A program made the position numbers and the translations under genes. A stretch of DNA of 64,000 nt, taken from positions 83,531,972 through 83,595,971 of the forward strand of contig NC_069364.1 of the NCBI RefSeq assembly GCF_021730395.1, in the 5' to 3' direction. Below are positions 37,996 to 51,320 of the stretch, piece after piece (the first letter of the stretch is position 1; the number at the start of each line of letters is the position of its first letter). The notes below the pieces were generated by a model. That model was not told where the DNA came from, ran no database searches, and saw nothing but the letters and a program-made list of their open reading frames with translations. The stretch is from Mercenaria mercenaria (lineage: Eukaryota).

Positions 37996-39312
37996 TTTTC
38001 ATCAAGTAGCATTTTTATATTTTTGAAGAAACAGTGAAACACTGCTTGCCTGTATGCCATAGCTTGATTGAGCAATTTATGTGGTCTGCAGCTGTATTTC
38101 TTTACATGTATGTTTTATGCTTTGAATGATGAAGCTTTTGATAACTTCAAGAACGTTACTCATCCTCTTTCAGCCTCCAGGTATCAAGTGTTTTTTACTG
38201 TATGTAAAGCCTGTCAGTAAGCTGTTTTACAGTAAATTACAGCTTTTACAATTGATACTAATGCAGAACAAAAAAGTTTTAATCTCTTTTATTTCCAAAG
38301 CTGTATACAGTCTGAACTGGTTGGTGTAGCAATGGGTGAAGCCTACCAGTACCATGTAACGATGTTAGTGTGCAGGGAACAGGAAGATGCCATTCGAGCT
38401 TTGTTTAGGGACAACAATTGGACATGCTGGCTAAATGGTAATGTTTTGCTTCTTGCAGAGGTAGAAGTTCATTATATTTTTTCTCCACATTTCTAACATT
38501 TGCTGAATAAAGGCCATTACCAAAGTTGGAAAGTCATCAATGCCATATGACCTATAAATGTGTCAGTGCAAAGTTTAGCCAAAAAAATGAATAAAGACCA
38601 GGGACATTTTTCAGTACTGAAGTTTCAGTGGTGTTTTAGTCAACATTAGGAATAAATTCTAATTGTCCATTACATAATTGTACTGTTAGTATAATATCAA
38701 CAGCATAAAAGTATCTGGCATGCACTGATTTCTTTACATAGATTTACGTTTAAGCTGATCTTTGTCAGAAATTTGCTTAGCTTTATATAGAAAAAGAACA
38801 CTTTTTCAGATTTGAGAAAAAAGGTAATATTAACGTTTTAAGTTGGAAATATGATCCAGTATTAGCCATAAAATTAGCCCAAAAATCCCCTGCCCACAAA
38901 TATATAAAGGATGTGACATTGACCTTGGACCTAACAACCTGAGTTATCTGCACATATGTTTCTTGATAATATTAACAATTGATGCTAGCTTTAAGAAAAT
39001 CTTTGCAATGTATTTGACTGGTGTCTTCCAAGTGTGACCTTGACCCTAGACCTAGCATCCTTGATTGTATGCTGTGCACATCATCTTCTTGTGTTTAATA
39101 ATTGAGTTTCATGAAAACAATCTAGACGATTTTATGTGGACATGACAAACGGAAGGACTATCAGACTTACAGATGGACATGCATAACTCCTTTATACTTT
39201 GCCTATAGGGGTATAAAAATTGATACTGATTGATGAGACAGTTGCTTTTGAAAACAGTGTCCAAGGTTATAAACGTAAGTTTAAAGACAGGTATCTATCT
39301 GGTTGTTTTTTT

Positions 39313-40891
39313 AGCTCACCTGTCACATTGTGACAAGGTGAGCTTTTGGGATCACCCTTCGTCCGTCTTCAGTCCGTGCGTCCGTCCGTGCGTCCGTCAA
39401 CAATTTCTTGTCTGCATGATAGTGGTTTCATTTATGATTTTATTTTAACCAAACTTGCACACAATTTGTATCACTATAAGATCTCGGTTCTTTTCTTGAA
39501 CTGGCCAGATCCCATTATGGGTTCCAGAGTTATGGCCCCTGAAAGGGCCAAAATTAGCTATTTTGACCTTGTCTGCACAATAGCAGCTTTATTTAAGATT
39601 TGATAGTTACCACACTGGCAAACAACTTGTATCACCATAAGATCTTGGTTCCTTTCTTGAACTGGCCAGATTCCTTTATGGGTTCCAGAGTTATGGCCCC
39701 TGAAAGGGCCAGAATTAGCTATTTTGACCTTGTCTGCACAATAGCAGCTTCATTTATGATTTGATTTTAACCAAACTTGCACACAACTTGTATCACTATA
39801 AGATCTTGGTTCCTTTCTTTAACTGGTGAGATTCTATTATGGGTTCCAGAGTTATGGCCCCTGAAAGGGTCAGAATTAGCTATTTTGACCTTGTCTGCAC
39901 AATAGCAGCTTCATTTATGATTTGAATTTAATCAAACTTGCACAAAACTTGTGTCGCCATAAGATCTCGGTTCCTTTCTTGAACTGGCCAGATCCCTTAA
40001 TGGGTTTCAGAGTTATGGCCCCTGAAAGGGCCAAAAGTAGCTATTTTGACCTTGTCTGCACAATAGTAGCTTCATTTATGATTTGATTTTAACCAAACTT
40101 GCACACAACTTGTATCATCACAAGATCTTGGTTCCATTCTTGAACTGGCCAGATTCCATCATGGGTTCCAGAGTTATGGCCCCCTAAAGGTCCAAAATTG
40201 GCCATTTTGGCTTTTGCAGCCATATAGAGACTTCATTTATAGTTTTATTTGATACAAACTTCCAAAATATCTTCAACAACAATAAATCGTGGATTCCATG
40301 ACAAATCAGATCCAATCGTAGGTTCCAGAGTTATTTTATATCAGATTACCTCCCCTGATTGTAATCAAAATGGATTTATATCAGTAAGTATTTATACGAC
40401 TTATTTGAAATTTCATTATTGTCATTAGTTGGACTGAGACAATCAGGGTAGATAACTATGGACTGATTTTATGTCAAATTACCTCCCTTTATTTCAAATT
40501 AAAATGTGTATATCTCTGTAACTAATGAAGATACTGATACGTCAACAGATTTATTTGGCAGATCCTTCTTTTGTACACTTGCAGTAATTTTCTTTTTAAT
40601 TACTTCCCTTTTTCGTTACTATAAATAGCTTATTTTTAGTAACTTTTTTATTATTGGCCGTAGGGAAAAACCGAGGCCACTTTTCTGTGGTAAAACTTGA
40701 ATGGTACCTCCAATTTTTAGGTGTATTTTGACATATCTGTACCTTTAAAGAATTTTTTTTTTTTTTTTGGTTAAATTTCTTCCCTTTGTTGTTCCTGTCC
40801 TTTCGACTTAGATATTTTTTCTGAGGACCTTCTTGTCCTCAAGTGCAATGAAAACAGGTGAGCGATATAGGGCCATCATGGCCCTCTTGTT
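39313..40891 (+). mobile_element. Helitron-like element, 162-bp satellite family, ~5 monomers
   Basis: Same ends as the 36118 element: AGCTCACCTGTCACATTGTGACAAGGTGAGCT at the 5' end and CAGGTGAGCGATATAGGGCCATCATGGCCCTCTTGTT at the 3' end. Same 3' module. Confidence 0.5.
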
Positions 40892-40953
40892 TAGCATTGT
40901 TTTTATGCACAGGTTCAGTAACTCTACGTATTTACAAAAGTATGCCCCTTTTT

Positions 40954-42383
40954 AGCTCACCTGCCACATAGTGACAAGGTGAGCTTTTGTGATCACCCTT
41001 CGTCCGTCGTCAGTCCGTGCGTGTGTCCGTCCATCAACAATTTCTTGTCTGCACAATAGTGGTTTCATTTATGGTTTTATTTTAACCAAACTTGCACTAC
41101 ACTTGTATCACCATAAGATCTTGGTTCCTTTCTTGAACTGGCCAGATCCCGTTATGGATTCCAGAGTTATGGCCCCTGAAAGGGCCAAAATTAGCTATTT
41201 TGACCTTGTCTGCACAGTAGCAGCTTTATTTATGATTTGATTTTTACCAAACTGGCAAACAACTGTATCACCATAAGATCTTGGTTCCTTTCTTGAACTG
41301 GCCAGATTCCTTTATGGGTTCCAGAGTTATGGCCCCTGAAAGGGCCAGAATTAGCTATTTTGACCTTGTCTGCACAATAGCAGCTTCATTTATGATTTGA
41401 ATTTAATCAAACTTGCACAAAACTTGTGTCACCATAAGGTCTTGATTCTTAAGTTGAACCAGCCGGATCCCTTAATGAGTTCCAAAGTAATGGCCCCTGA
41501 AAGGGCCAAAATTAGCTATTTTGACCTTGTCTGCACAATAGCAGCTTCATTTATGATTCGATTTTAACGAAACTTGCACACAACTTGTATAAACCACAAG
41601 ATCTTGGTTCCTTCCTTGTACTGGCCAGATTTCTTCATGGGTTCCAGAGTTATGGCCCCTTAAAGGTCCAAAATTGGCTATTTTGACTTTTGCAGCCATA
41701 TAGAAACTTCATTTATAGTTTTATTTGATACAAACTTCCAAAATAACTTCCAACAACAATAATTCTTGGATTCCATGACAAATCAGATCCAAACATAGGT
41801 TCAGAGTTAATTATTTTATATCTGATTACCTCCCCTGATTGTAATCAAAATGTATTTATATCAGTAAGTACTTATAGGACTTATTTGAAATTGCATTATT
41901 GTCATTAGTTGGACTGAGCCAATCAGGGTAGATAACTATGGACTGATTTTATGTCAAATTACTTCCCTTTATTTCAAATTAAAATGGGTTTATCTCTGTA
42001 CCCAATGAAGATACTGATCTGAAATTTCATTTATGTCAACAGATTTATTTGGCAGATCCTTCTTTTGTTCACTTACAATAATTTTTTAATAATTACTTCC
42101 CTTTTACGTTACTATAAATAGCTTATTTTTAGTAACTTTTTTATTATTGGCCGTAGGGAAAATCTGAGACCACTTTTCTGTGGTACAACATGGATGGTAC
42201 CTCCAATTTTTATGTGTTTTTTGACATATCTGTACCTTGTAAGAATTTTTTTTTCTTTTTGGTTAAATTTCTTCGCTTTGTTGTTCCTGTCCTTTCGACT
42301 TAGATATTTTTTCTGAGGACCTTCTTGTCCTCAAGTGCAGTGATAACAGGTGAGCGATATAGGGCCATCATGGCCCTCTTGTT
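40954..42383 (+). mobile_element. Helitron-like element, 162-bp satellite family, directly downstream of the previous copy (52-bp gap)
   Basis: AGCTCACCTGCCACATAGTGACAAGGTGAGCT at the 5' end; GGCCATCATGGCCCTCTTGTT at the 3' end. Confidence 0.5.
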
Positions 42384-42394
42384 AGCACATCTGA

Positions 42395-43415
42395 CTTTTT
42401 GTCATCACTTGATCGGCGTCGGGGTTGCCTGGTTAAGTTTTATGTTTAGGTCAGCTTTTCTCCTAAACTATCAAAGCTATTGCTTTGAAACTTGCAACAC
42501 TTGTTCACCATCATAAGCTGACTCTGTACAGCAAGAAACAAACTAACTCCGTCCTGCCTTTTGCAAGAATTATGGCCCCTTTTGGACTTAAAAAATATCA
42601 GATTTCTTGGTTTAAGTTTTATGTTTAGGTCAGCTTTTCTCCTAAACTATTAACGCTATTGCTTTGAAACTTGCAACACTTGTTCACCATCAAAAGCTGA
42701 CTGTGTACAGCAAGAAACATAACTCCATCCTGCTTTTTGCAAGAATTATGGCCCCTTTTGGACTTAAAAAATCAGATTTCTTGGTTAAGTTTTGTGTTTA
42801 GGTCAGTTTTTCTTCTAAACAATCAAAGCTATTGCTTTAAAACTTCAGCAGACAGCTCTTGTTGGTTAAGTTTTTGTGTGTTAGCTTGTTTCTCAGTACC
42901 CTGCACAGACTTGCACAGAACAGGTTTCATAACTCTGTTTTGCATTTTTAGCATTTTTAATGAGTTATTGTCATCACTTGATCGACGTCTGCGTCGGCTG
43001 GTTAAGTTTTATGTTTAGGTCAGCTTTTCTCCTAAACTATCAAAGCTATTGCTTTAAAACTTGCAACACTTGTTCACCATCAAAAGCTGACTCAGTACAG
43101 CAAGAAACATAAGTCCATCCTGCTTTTTGCAAGAATTATGACCCCTTATGGACTTAGAAAATATCAGATTTCTTGGTTAAAATTTGTGTTTAGGTCAACT
43201 TTTATCCTTTATGGTCAAAGCTATTGCTTTAAAACTTGGAGCAGCTATTATTTGCAATTAAAAGCTGACACTTCACAGCAAGTACCATAACTCTGCATTG
43301 TTTTTGCACGAATTATGGGCCCATATGGACTTGGAAAATCATGGGTAGGTCAATATTTCTATTATACAGAGACAAAAAAATCAGATGAGTGTCTGCACCC
43401 GCAAGGCGGTGCCCT
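42395..43415 (+). repeat. ~172-bp tandem array ending in a hairpin/CTTGTTA terminus (a further Helitron-like family); partial second copy at 45017-45335
   Basis: The unit GGTTAAGTTTTATGTTTAGGTCAGCTTTTCTCCTAAACTATCAAAGCTATTGCTTTGAAACTTGCAACACTTGTTCACCATCA...TTATGGCCCCTTTTGGACTTAAAAAATATCAGATTTCTT occurs about 5 times. The end is CAGATGAGTGTCTGCACCCGCAAGGCGGTGCCCTTGTTA, and the same end recurs at 45295-45335. Confidence 0.45.
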
Positions 43416-43672
43416 TGTTAGACTAAGCCATTTTCAGCTCGACTATTCAAAGAAAGGGTAGAGATATTGGACTCTCCTATGTTTCTGTGTCCATGCCGGT
43501 GTCTGCGTCATGATTTGTTTAAGTTTTTGCTCGTGTATCTCAGTAACCATGTGTGTGTGAATGGATTGAAACTTCACATACTTATTCACTGTGATTAACA
43601 GACTTACACTGCACAGGTTCCATAATGCTGTTATGATTTTTTACAAAATGATGCTCCTTTTTATCTCACCTG

Positions 43673-45016
43673 AGCATTGCTGAGTTATTGTGATCGCTCG
43701 ATGTCCGTCGTCGGTCTGTCGTCTGTCAACATTTAGCTTGTGTATGCGATAGAGGCTGTATTTTTCAACTGATCTTCATGAAATTTTGTCAGAATGATTA
43801 TCTTGATGAAAGCTAGGCCAAGTTTGAAAATGGGTCATCTGGGATCAAAAACTAGGTCACTAGGTCAAATCAAAGAAAAGCCTTGTGTATGCAATAGAGG
43901 CTGTTTTTTTCAATTGATCTTCATGAGTTTTTGTCAGAATGATTACCTTGATGAAATCTAGGCCAGGTTTGAAGATGGGTCATCTGGGGTCAAAAACTCG
44001 GTCACTATGTCAAATCAAAGAAAAACCTTGTGTATGCGATAAAGGCTGTATTTTTCAACTGATCTTCATGAAAGTTTGTCAGAATTATTACCTTGATGAA
44101 ATCTAGGCCAGTTTAAAAAATGGGTCATCTGGGGTCAAAAACTAGGTCACTAGGTCAAATCAAAGAAAACCCTTGTGTATGTGTTAGAGGCTGTATTTTT
44201 CAATTGATTTTAATGAATTTTGGTCAGAATGATTACCTTGATGAAGTCTAGGTCATATTCGAATATGGGTCATCTTGGGTCAAAAACTAGGTCACTAGGT
44301 CAAATAATAAAAAAACCTTGTGTATGCAATAGGGGCTGCATTTTACTCAGGGTCTTCATGAAATTTGATCAGAATGTTTGTCTGGATGAAATCTAGGTCA
44401 AGTTTTACATCTGGGGTCAAAAACTAGGTCACCCAGTCAAATTAAAGAAAAACCTTGTGTACGCAATAGGGGCTGCATTTTACACTGGGTATTCATAAAA
44501 TTTAGTCAGAATGATTGCCTTGATGAAATCTAGGTCAAGATAGAATATGGGTCATCTGTGGTCAAAAACTAGGTCACTAGGTTAAATCAAAGAAAACCCT
44601 TGTGTATGCAATATATTTTTCAATTGATCTTCATGAAATTTGGTCAGAATGATAGCCTTGATGAAATTAAGGTCAAGTTTGAATATCTGGGGTCAAAAAC
44701 TAGGTCGCTAGGACAAATCAAAGAAAAACGTTTTGTTTGTAATAGAGGCTGTGTTTTTCAATTGAGGTTCATGAAATTTGGTCAGAATGATTGCCTTGAT
44801 CAAATCTAGGTCAAGTTCGAATGTAGGTCATCTTGGCTCAAAAACTAGGTCACCAGGGCAAATTGAAGAAAATACTTGTTTACACTTAAGAGACCACATT
44901 TTTCGTCCAAATCTTAAATGAAAATTGGTCAGAATATTTGTTTCCATGAAATCACTAGGTCAAACATGTTTACACTGTTACGGCGAGCGACCTAGGGCCA
45001 TCTTGGCCCTCTTGTT
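43673..45016 (+). mobile_element. Helitron-like element, 145-bp satellite family (same family as 31868-33552)
   Basis: The 5' end is ATCTCACCTGAGCATTGCTGAGTTATTGTGATCGCTCGATGTCCGTCGTCGGTCTGTCGTCTGTCAAC. The array matches the 31868-33552 element. The 3' end is CGGCGAGCGACCTAGGGCCATCTTGGCCCTCTTGTT. Confidence 0.5.
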
Positions 45017-45439
45017 TTACTTTTCTGGTTAAGGTTTTGTATGAAAGTTGGTAACTAAGTACCCACTCTTGTTGGTAACTAAGTATCCACGTTTAGGTCA
45101 ACTTTTCTCCTTTACAGTCAAAGCTATTGCTTTAAAACTTGCAACACTTACTCACCATCAAAGCTGATACTTCACAGCTAGTACCGTAACTCTGCATTGT
45201 TTTTTGCAAGAAATATGGCCCCTTTTGGACTTAGAAAGTCATGGGTAGGTCAGTATTTCTTTTATACAGAGACAAAAAAATTAGATGAGCGTCTGCACCC
45301 GCAAGGCAGTGCTCTTGTTACAACGTAAATATTCTTTCAACTGACAATGCTATTGAATAGTAAGAGCATTACAGCTCTTTTTTAACCTTGGAGCCAGGTA
45401 ATAGTCTGTTGTCTAATTATGTCTCTTGCACTTTTTCAG

Positions 45440-46441
45440 TATTATCGGAACAGACAGTTGCAGATATCAGAGCATTTGGCTACCAGTATATTTTTTCAGA
45501 TGATATGAAATACCCAGATCAGAGCATTGTCAAGTCCGAATTTATAGAGATAAAATCAGAAGTTGTTAATGTAGACGATGAACTGGATACTGATTCAGAA
45601 ATATTTGGAAGTCCCCATGGAGATAATGCGATACAAAAAACATGGGGAAATCCTCTTGGAGATAATGAGGTACCTGAATATTCTGGAACACCTCTTGGAG
45701 ATAATGAGGTACCTGAAACTTCTGGAACACCTCTTGGAGATAATGAGGTACCTGAAACTTCTGGAACATGTCTTGGAGATAATGAGGTACCTAAAACTTC
45801 TGGAATACTTGGAGAAAATGAGGTACCTAAAACTTCCGGAATACCTCTTGGAAATAATAACGTACCCAAAACATCTGAAATTCCTGTTGCAGATCTTGAG
45901 ATGCCTGTGACATCTGGAAATCCTACTGCAAATTATAAGTTACCGATGTCAACTGCTTTTGGTACTGCCAATTATATGAGACATAAAAACCCAATTATTC
46001 CCACTGCAAACTATCAAGTGCGCACAGCATCTGGAATTTTTCCTGTAAATTATATGGGCTTTAAAGCACCCACTCCTGATGTTGCAGGTGTACCAGCATC
46101 TGGTTATGTGTCAGATTTGGTAACAAATGATAAATCAAAACCTACTGGTGTTGTCGGCGTTCCAGCTTCTGGTTACGTGTCAGATTGGGTAACAAATGAT
46201 AATTCAAAATTTACACACCAACTAAGTCGTTTCCGGCCGATTCAGAAAAGCACCAGCTCTAAATGTAATGTCTTGGATGAGTTTGACAAACACATTCCGT
46301 CAACAGGGAGAATAATCAAGAAAAATGAGGACAAAGGTGATACAAACAAAATCGATAAGGCTCCGGTCGAAATTCAACAGAGGAAGAGGCAATCATTTAA
46401 CTATTTGTTTTGTCCCGATTGTGACTCAAAATTTCTTACAT
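45440..46441 (+). CDS. Exon of a C2H2 zinc-finger gene: acidic low-complexity N-terminal region with tandem 13-aa repeats
   Basis: Acceptor ctttttcag ends at 45439. Donor GTAAGT at 46442 leaves phase 1, matching the next exon. Translation: ...VLSEQTVADIRAFGYQYIFSDDMKYPDQ...GSPHGDNAIQKTWGNPLGDNEVPEYSGTPLGDNEVPETSGTPLGDNEVPETSGT...CPDCDSKFLT. The start codon is uncertain: the ORF-track start at 45388 is TTG, not ATG, so an upstream exon or an internal ATG near 45509 is needed. Confidence 0.45.
45645..45890 (+). repeat. 39-bp coding tandem repeat (~6 copies) encoding LGDNEVPETSGTP
   Basis: CCTCTTGGAGATAATGAGGTACCTGAAACTTCTGGAACA repeats. The antisense and alternate-frame ORFs at 45519-45910 are by-products. 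Confidence 0.7.
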
Positions 46442-46657
46442 GTAAGTGCAAAAAAAAAGTGAAGCTTTGATTTTCAGCTGGACAGAAGAATAGGTAGAGC
46501 TGTTGGTCTCACCCATTCGTCGGTCCGATTTAAATTTTTGTATGTAAGCTGGTATCTCAGTAGCAACTTGTGGGAATGGATTTAATCTTCACACACTTAT
46601 TCTCTGTGAAAAACTGACTTATATTGCACAGGTTCCATAACTCTGTTTTGCTTTTTA

Positions 46658-47285
46658 AGCTAACGTGCCACTTAGTGACAAGGTGAGCTTTTGTTATCAC
46701 CCTTTGTCTGTTTGTCCATCCGTCATCTGTCCACAATTTCTTGTGAGCACGGTAAGAGACTACATTTTGCAATCAATTTTAATCAAACTTGCACACAACT
46801 TGTATTGGCATATTAATATCTTGGTTCCTTTTGAGCAACAATAGATCTTAGATTCCATGATAAATCCGTCAGATTTAATCATAGGTTGCGGATCCTAAAT
46901 GAAAGAGCCAACATTTGTTAATTTTTACCTTGTAAACACAATAGACGTGACTTGACTGTACATTCGATTTTAACCACACTAGTCTTACACACAACTTAAG
47001 TCACATTAAGATCTTGGTTCCTTTGAAAACCGGCTTGATTGCATCATGAGTTCTAGAGTTACTGCCCCTGAAAGGGGCAAAATTTTCTATTTTGGCCCTT
47101 TCAGCCATATTGAGGTTTCATTTATACTTTGATTTGATACAAAATTGCACAGAATGTTTGTCTTGATGATCTCTAGGCTAAGTTCGAAACTGGGTCATGT
47201 GGAACTTGGTCAGAATATTTATCTGTATGATTCCAAGGCCAAGGCAAACAGATGAGCGATATAGTGTCATCATGACCCTCTTGTT
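46658..47285 (+). mobile_element. Degenerate Helitron-like element in intron 1 of the zinc-finger gene
   Basis: The 5' end is AGCTAACGTGCCACTTAGTGACAAGGTGAGCTTTTGTTATCACCCTTTGTCTGTTTGTCCATCCGTCATCTGTCCACAATTTCTTGT. The 3' end is CAGATGAGCGATATAGTGTCATCATGACCCTCTTGTT. Confidence 0.4.
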
Positions 47286-48219
47286 ACAAAATTATGCCCC
47301 TTTTTTGACTTAGTAATTTTGGTTAATTTTTAAGTATGTAAGCTGGTATCTCAGTACCCACAAATGGGAATGGATTGAAACTTCACACACTTGTTCACTG
47401 TGACGGTCTGATATGCATTGTAGAGGATTCATAACTCTGATTTGCATTTTTACAAAATTATACCCTTTTTCAACTTGTATTTATTAAATTGACAAGGCTG
47501 TTGAATAGTCGAGCGACAGCTTGTACATACAGTAAAGTTAGATATTTTTGTACAAGGCTTACAGTCTGTCAGTTTTAGAATTGGAAGTTCTGCATGTGGT
47601 ACAATGTTTTCAGTGTAAGGTAACTTATGAAACATCAGAGGACAATTTACAATAATCACAAGAAAAAGTTCTTGTCTTAATTACACCGTTAGCCAATATA
47701 GCAGAAATAAAACCCTTGCAAAAAATTCTGGTGTTACAGTATTGAAAAATGCAGCCTATTTCAACTTTGTGTTGATGAAAAGACCACCTACCTGGTGATG
47801 TTAAGAACTGTAAGACTAAGAGTGTGAATACAGTGATGTCATTAATACCTGTGGGGAACTCATTTTCTTGTACATTCTGTTTGCGTCAGTTACGGAAATA
47901 AAATCAACAAATAACATCCCCTTTCATTTTATCTTTCACATTTGAAATATGTGAAATCATACCCTCCTAGATTAACATTAATTTAAAGCTGTTTTGGCCA
48001 AAAGAATGAAGTTTTATATGCATGTGAACTTAAATTTATTTCCCAGTGACTACATGTATATAAAATGAGCATTATGTTAGTATGAATGCTACACATTACA
48101 CTACAAAATTACGTTGTTTCTTTTTGCCATTGAAAAGTCGCTATACATTAAAGTTTGCATATATATTCCCATACAGGTTCTGTGTGTATGTTTACACTGT
48201 ACCTGTAATTTATACATAG

Positions 48220-48495
48220 GGCATTCTTTAGCACATTTCGAAATTACTTTGATAGATGAACAGTTATGGAAACACAGAGATGAAGCGAGACATAAACTAC
48301 CTAAATTGCGGCCACTTGGCCAGATGAAAAAGAAGTTCAGCCCTGAGGAGCTAATGAAGATGGGATTTACAAAATGTACAGAATGCAGTAGCTACTTTCC
48401 GACCCAAAGAAAATTAAGACAACATTTATATGCGAGTCATAGAGAAATAATGCCCCCTCCAACCTGTCCAGTATGTGGAGAAGACTTTCAATCAT
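48220..48495 (+). CDS. Internal exon of the C2H2 zinc-finger gene
   Basis: Acceptor catag ends at 48219, in phase 1. Translation: HSLAHFEITLIDEQLWKHRDEARHKLPKLRPLGQMKKKFSPEELMKMGFTKCTECSSYFPTQRKLRQHLYASHREIMPPPTCPVCGEDFQS, with one complete C2H2 finger. Donor GTAAAG at 48496. The last finger is completed only after splicing to 50050: CPVCGEDFQS-Y-KELYKHKREKQH. Confidence 0.5.
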
Positions 48496-48554
48496 GTAAA
48501 GTATATTTTTTTGTTGGTTTTTGTCCCTATCATGGCCTAATTGTTCGAAACTTT

Positions 48555-49040
48555 AACAGGCTGTTAAACTAACCACCTGGGCCCAGTTGTTCGAAACTTT
48601 AACAGGCGATTAAGCTAACAGTTGATTAACTTTTAGTGTAATATTTTGACACTTTAGAAAACTTAGAAAAACAAATGTATCATTTAAGGATTATGAACAC
48701 TTTAACGTTGTTACAGTTGAATTAAAACATCATACTAGTGTTTCCCACAAAGATTAGTATTTTTAATCAAAATTTAACAGGTGATTAGTTTAACAGTCTG
48801 TTAAAGTTTCGAACAACTGGGTCCTGTTTTATTTCTATTCGTAATACTGGTCTTGTTGGGCATTACTAGACTAAGTACAATGTTTAAATTTTACTGTAAA
48901 GACATTTTAGTTTTTATAATTCTTAACTCATACATTTGTTTTTTCTAAGTTGTTTAAGATGTTTGAATATAACTCTAAAGGTTAATGGACTGTTAGCTTA
49001 ATCGCCTGTTAAAGTTTGGAACAACTGGATCAAGAATGAA
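48555..49040. repeat. MITE-like inverted repeats within intron 2
   Basis: CAGTTGTTCGAAACTTTAACAGGC(G/T)NTTAANCTAAC occurs directly at 48560 and 48590, and in reverse complement at 48775-48830 and 48985-49035. Confidence 0.45.
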
Positions 49041-50049
49041 AAAAAAAAGATTTGCATGGGAGCACAACAGAACAGCGACAGAAATTTGATCACTGGGTCT
49101 TGTAATTGACATGCCTGAGCATAAAAACAACAGAAAGTCAAAAAATATTGACAAACATCTACAATGTGACAACTATATTAATTTAATTTTTTTTATAAAT
49201 CTAAAACATATGACATTTATGATATCAGTAATTTTGTGTTTAAACCACATCATTGTTTCAAGTTTGTTTTTTCCTTATTTTTTATCGTTTTGTATTGCCA
49301 GTTCTGTATTGCCACGAAAAACCTCGAGTTGATGCGATATTAAATAGATTTGATTATCATTCAACAATGTCAGTCAGACTATGACAATTTGTCAACACAA
49401 CATTTTGATCAATTATCCTGTTTTTGGTGTTTTGTCGGGATGATATCCTGTCAGGTCAATGAAATATGTTGATGTTTATTTTCTGTCAATATGCTGTCAC
49501 AAACCAGTTTAAGCTGTGCCTCTTGGTCATTCTATTTTGCCAGGTCATTGTCATTATTGCATGAATGGATTTTCAAATTACATAGTACAAACCTTATTCA
49601 TATCAAGAACATTATGTTTTATCTGCAAACTTCAGTCTTCTTGCTTAAAGTTGAAGTTGGAAGATTTTTTATGCATTGATGGATTTTCAAGTTTTTTTGT
49701 TTTTTTTTTTCCACAAAAACAAAAACTAAAGTTTGAAATGAGTATATAGAAATCATTTTATAGTTGGTTAGCAGGTCATGTTTGCAGTCATTCCGTTGCA
49801 CAAACCACACACAATTACCAATAAGTACATGTACATGTATTTATATGCCATATACATATCGCATATATAGTCCAAGCAATAGAGTTAACAGTTTTGGGTT
49901 TAGAAATAAAATCTGTATTAAATTTTTCTGCAAATGACGACATTTATGGCACAACATCAGTCAAAGACTGTTAATTTAAAAAAAGTTTTTTACGAAGTTT
50001 GATCTCTTTTTTTTTTATACCTCAAATTACTTTTTTGCTCTTTTGCCAG

Positions 50050-50594
50050 ACAAAGAACTATACAAGCACAAACGTGAGAAGCAACATAACGACAGTTTAT
50101 GGCGTCTGAACAGCTATCAGTGTGATACTTGCGGTAAACATTTCACCAAATACGAAAACTTCAAACGTCATAAACAGATGTCGTGTGGAAAAAGTGAGGC
50201 AGAACTCGAGGCACTACGTGTACACCCATGTGAAATCTGTGGGAAACGATTTACAACATTAAGATCTGTAAAGCACCATATGAGCGTAGTTCATGAAACA
50301 GATGAATCAGTCTGTGACATTTGCGGAAAAGTGTGTAAAAGTAAATTCGCTTTACGTGGGCATAAACTTAGACATAGTGAAAAGAACAGGAAGTTTGTCT
50401 GTGATGAGTGTGGTAAAGGATTTTTTACCAGTACAATTTTAAAACAGCATAAACGTTGCCATACTAAAGAGAAACCATTCAAATGTCCGTTGTGTGAGTA
50501 CACATGCTCAGTTCCCGGAAATATAATTAAACATGCGCGTAATGTGCATAAACAGCAAGTACTACCAGTGAATTTGACAGATTCAAAACAGTAG
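50050..50594 (+). CDS. Terminal exon of the C2H2 zinc-finger gene (5 tandem C2H2 fingers)
   Basis: Acceptor ttttgccag ends at 50049. Fingers: YQCDTCGKHFTKYENFKRHKQM, HPCEICGKRFTTLRSVKHHMSVVH, VCDICGKVCKSKFALRGHKLRH, FVCDECGKGFFTSTILKQHKRCH, FKCPLCEYTCSVPGNIIKHARNVH, with TGEKP-like linkers (HTKEKPF). Stop TAG at 50592-50594. Confidence 0.7.
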
Positions 50595-51320
50595 CATTCC
50601 ACAGACAGTAGCTGAAAACATATTTGGGGATATATATTGCTTTTGTGCTGTCTGTCTGTCCATCCACCCAGACTTTGCTAAAAGAAATCAGTACCAGAGC
50701 TAGTTTCACATATTCCTTATTTTCTAGGGGATTTATTTTTGATGGAGTAATGGCCCCTTTTTATTCATTGAATTAAGTTCTAATGAGAAACTTTAAAACT
50801 TCTCATGAACCACCTGATTGATATCAGATTTGTTCAAATGGTTCAGCTCGGGCCCCTTTTATAGGGGCTGTCAAAAGCTAAAAACAGAAAATCATATAGT
50901 GTGCAATTTACAACATTCTCAAGTGAACAACTTGGAACCGTCATGGCACTCTCATACATTTCATTCAAACTACGCCTCCTACATGTATACTACTGATTGG
51001 ATTTAAATGAAACTATATAGGATTGATTAACAAGCATAATAGCACATGGGCTTTTTGGGGTGTTTAATTTTGATGGAGCTATGGCCTTTGAAATAGTGAT
51101 ATATTAAGACCTTATTTCCAATCAATAATAGGCTTGATTGGAATAGTAAGGTCATAGTTATGTGCCCTTGATTGATAAAAAATGCAGTGTTTGGGAACCT
51201 TTATTTCATAATCAAGCCTAATCATATTCACAAAGAATGTATATACCAGTAATCTCTTTCAGCTTCTTATATGGGCCAGTCAGAAAAAATGTGTTATGTG
51301 CTGTTGGATTATCAATAAAT

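Noticed and set aside
38330-38460. Short ORF MGEAYQYHVTMLVCREQEDAIRALFRDNNWTCWLNG followed by GTAATG
   Set aside because: It could be an exon with a donor site, but it has no recognisable domain and no partner exon. The evidence is too weak to call.
45388-45390. ORF-track start codon of the 360-aa ORF
   Set aside because: The triplet is TTG, not ATG, so it is not a plausible eukaryotic start. An upstream exon or an internal ATG must provide the start.
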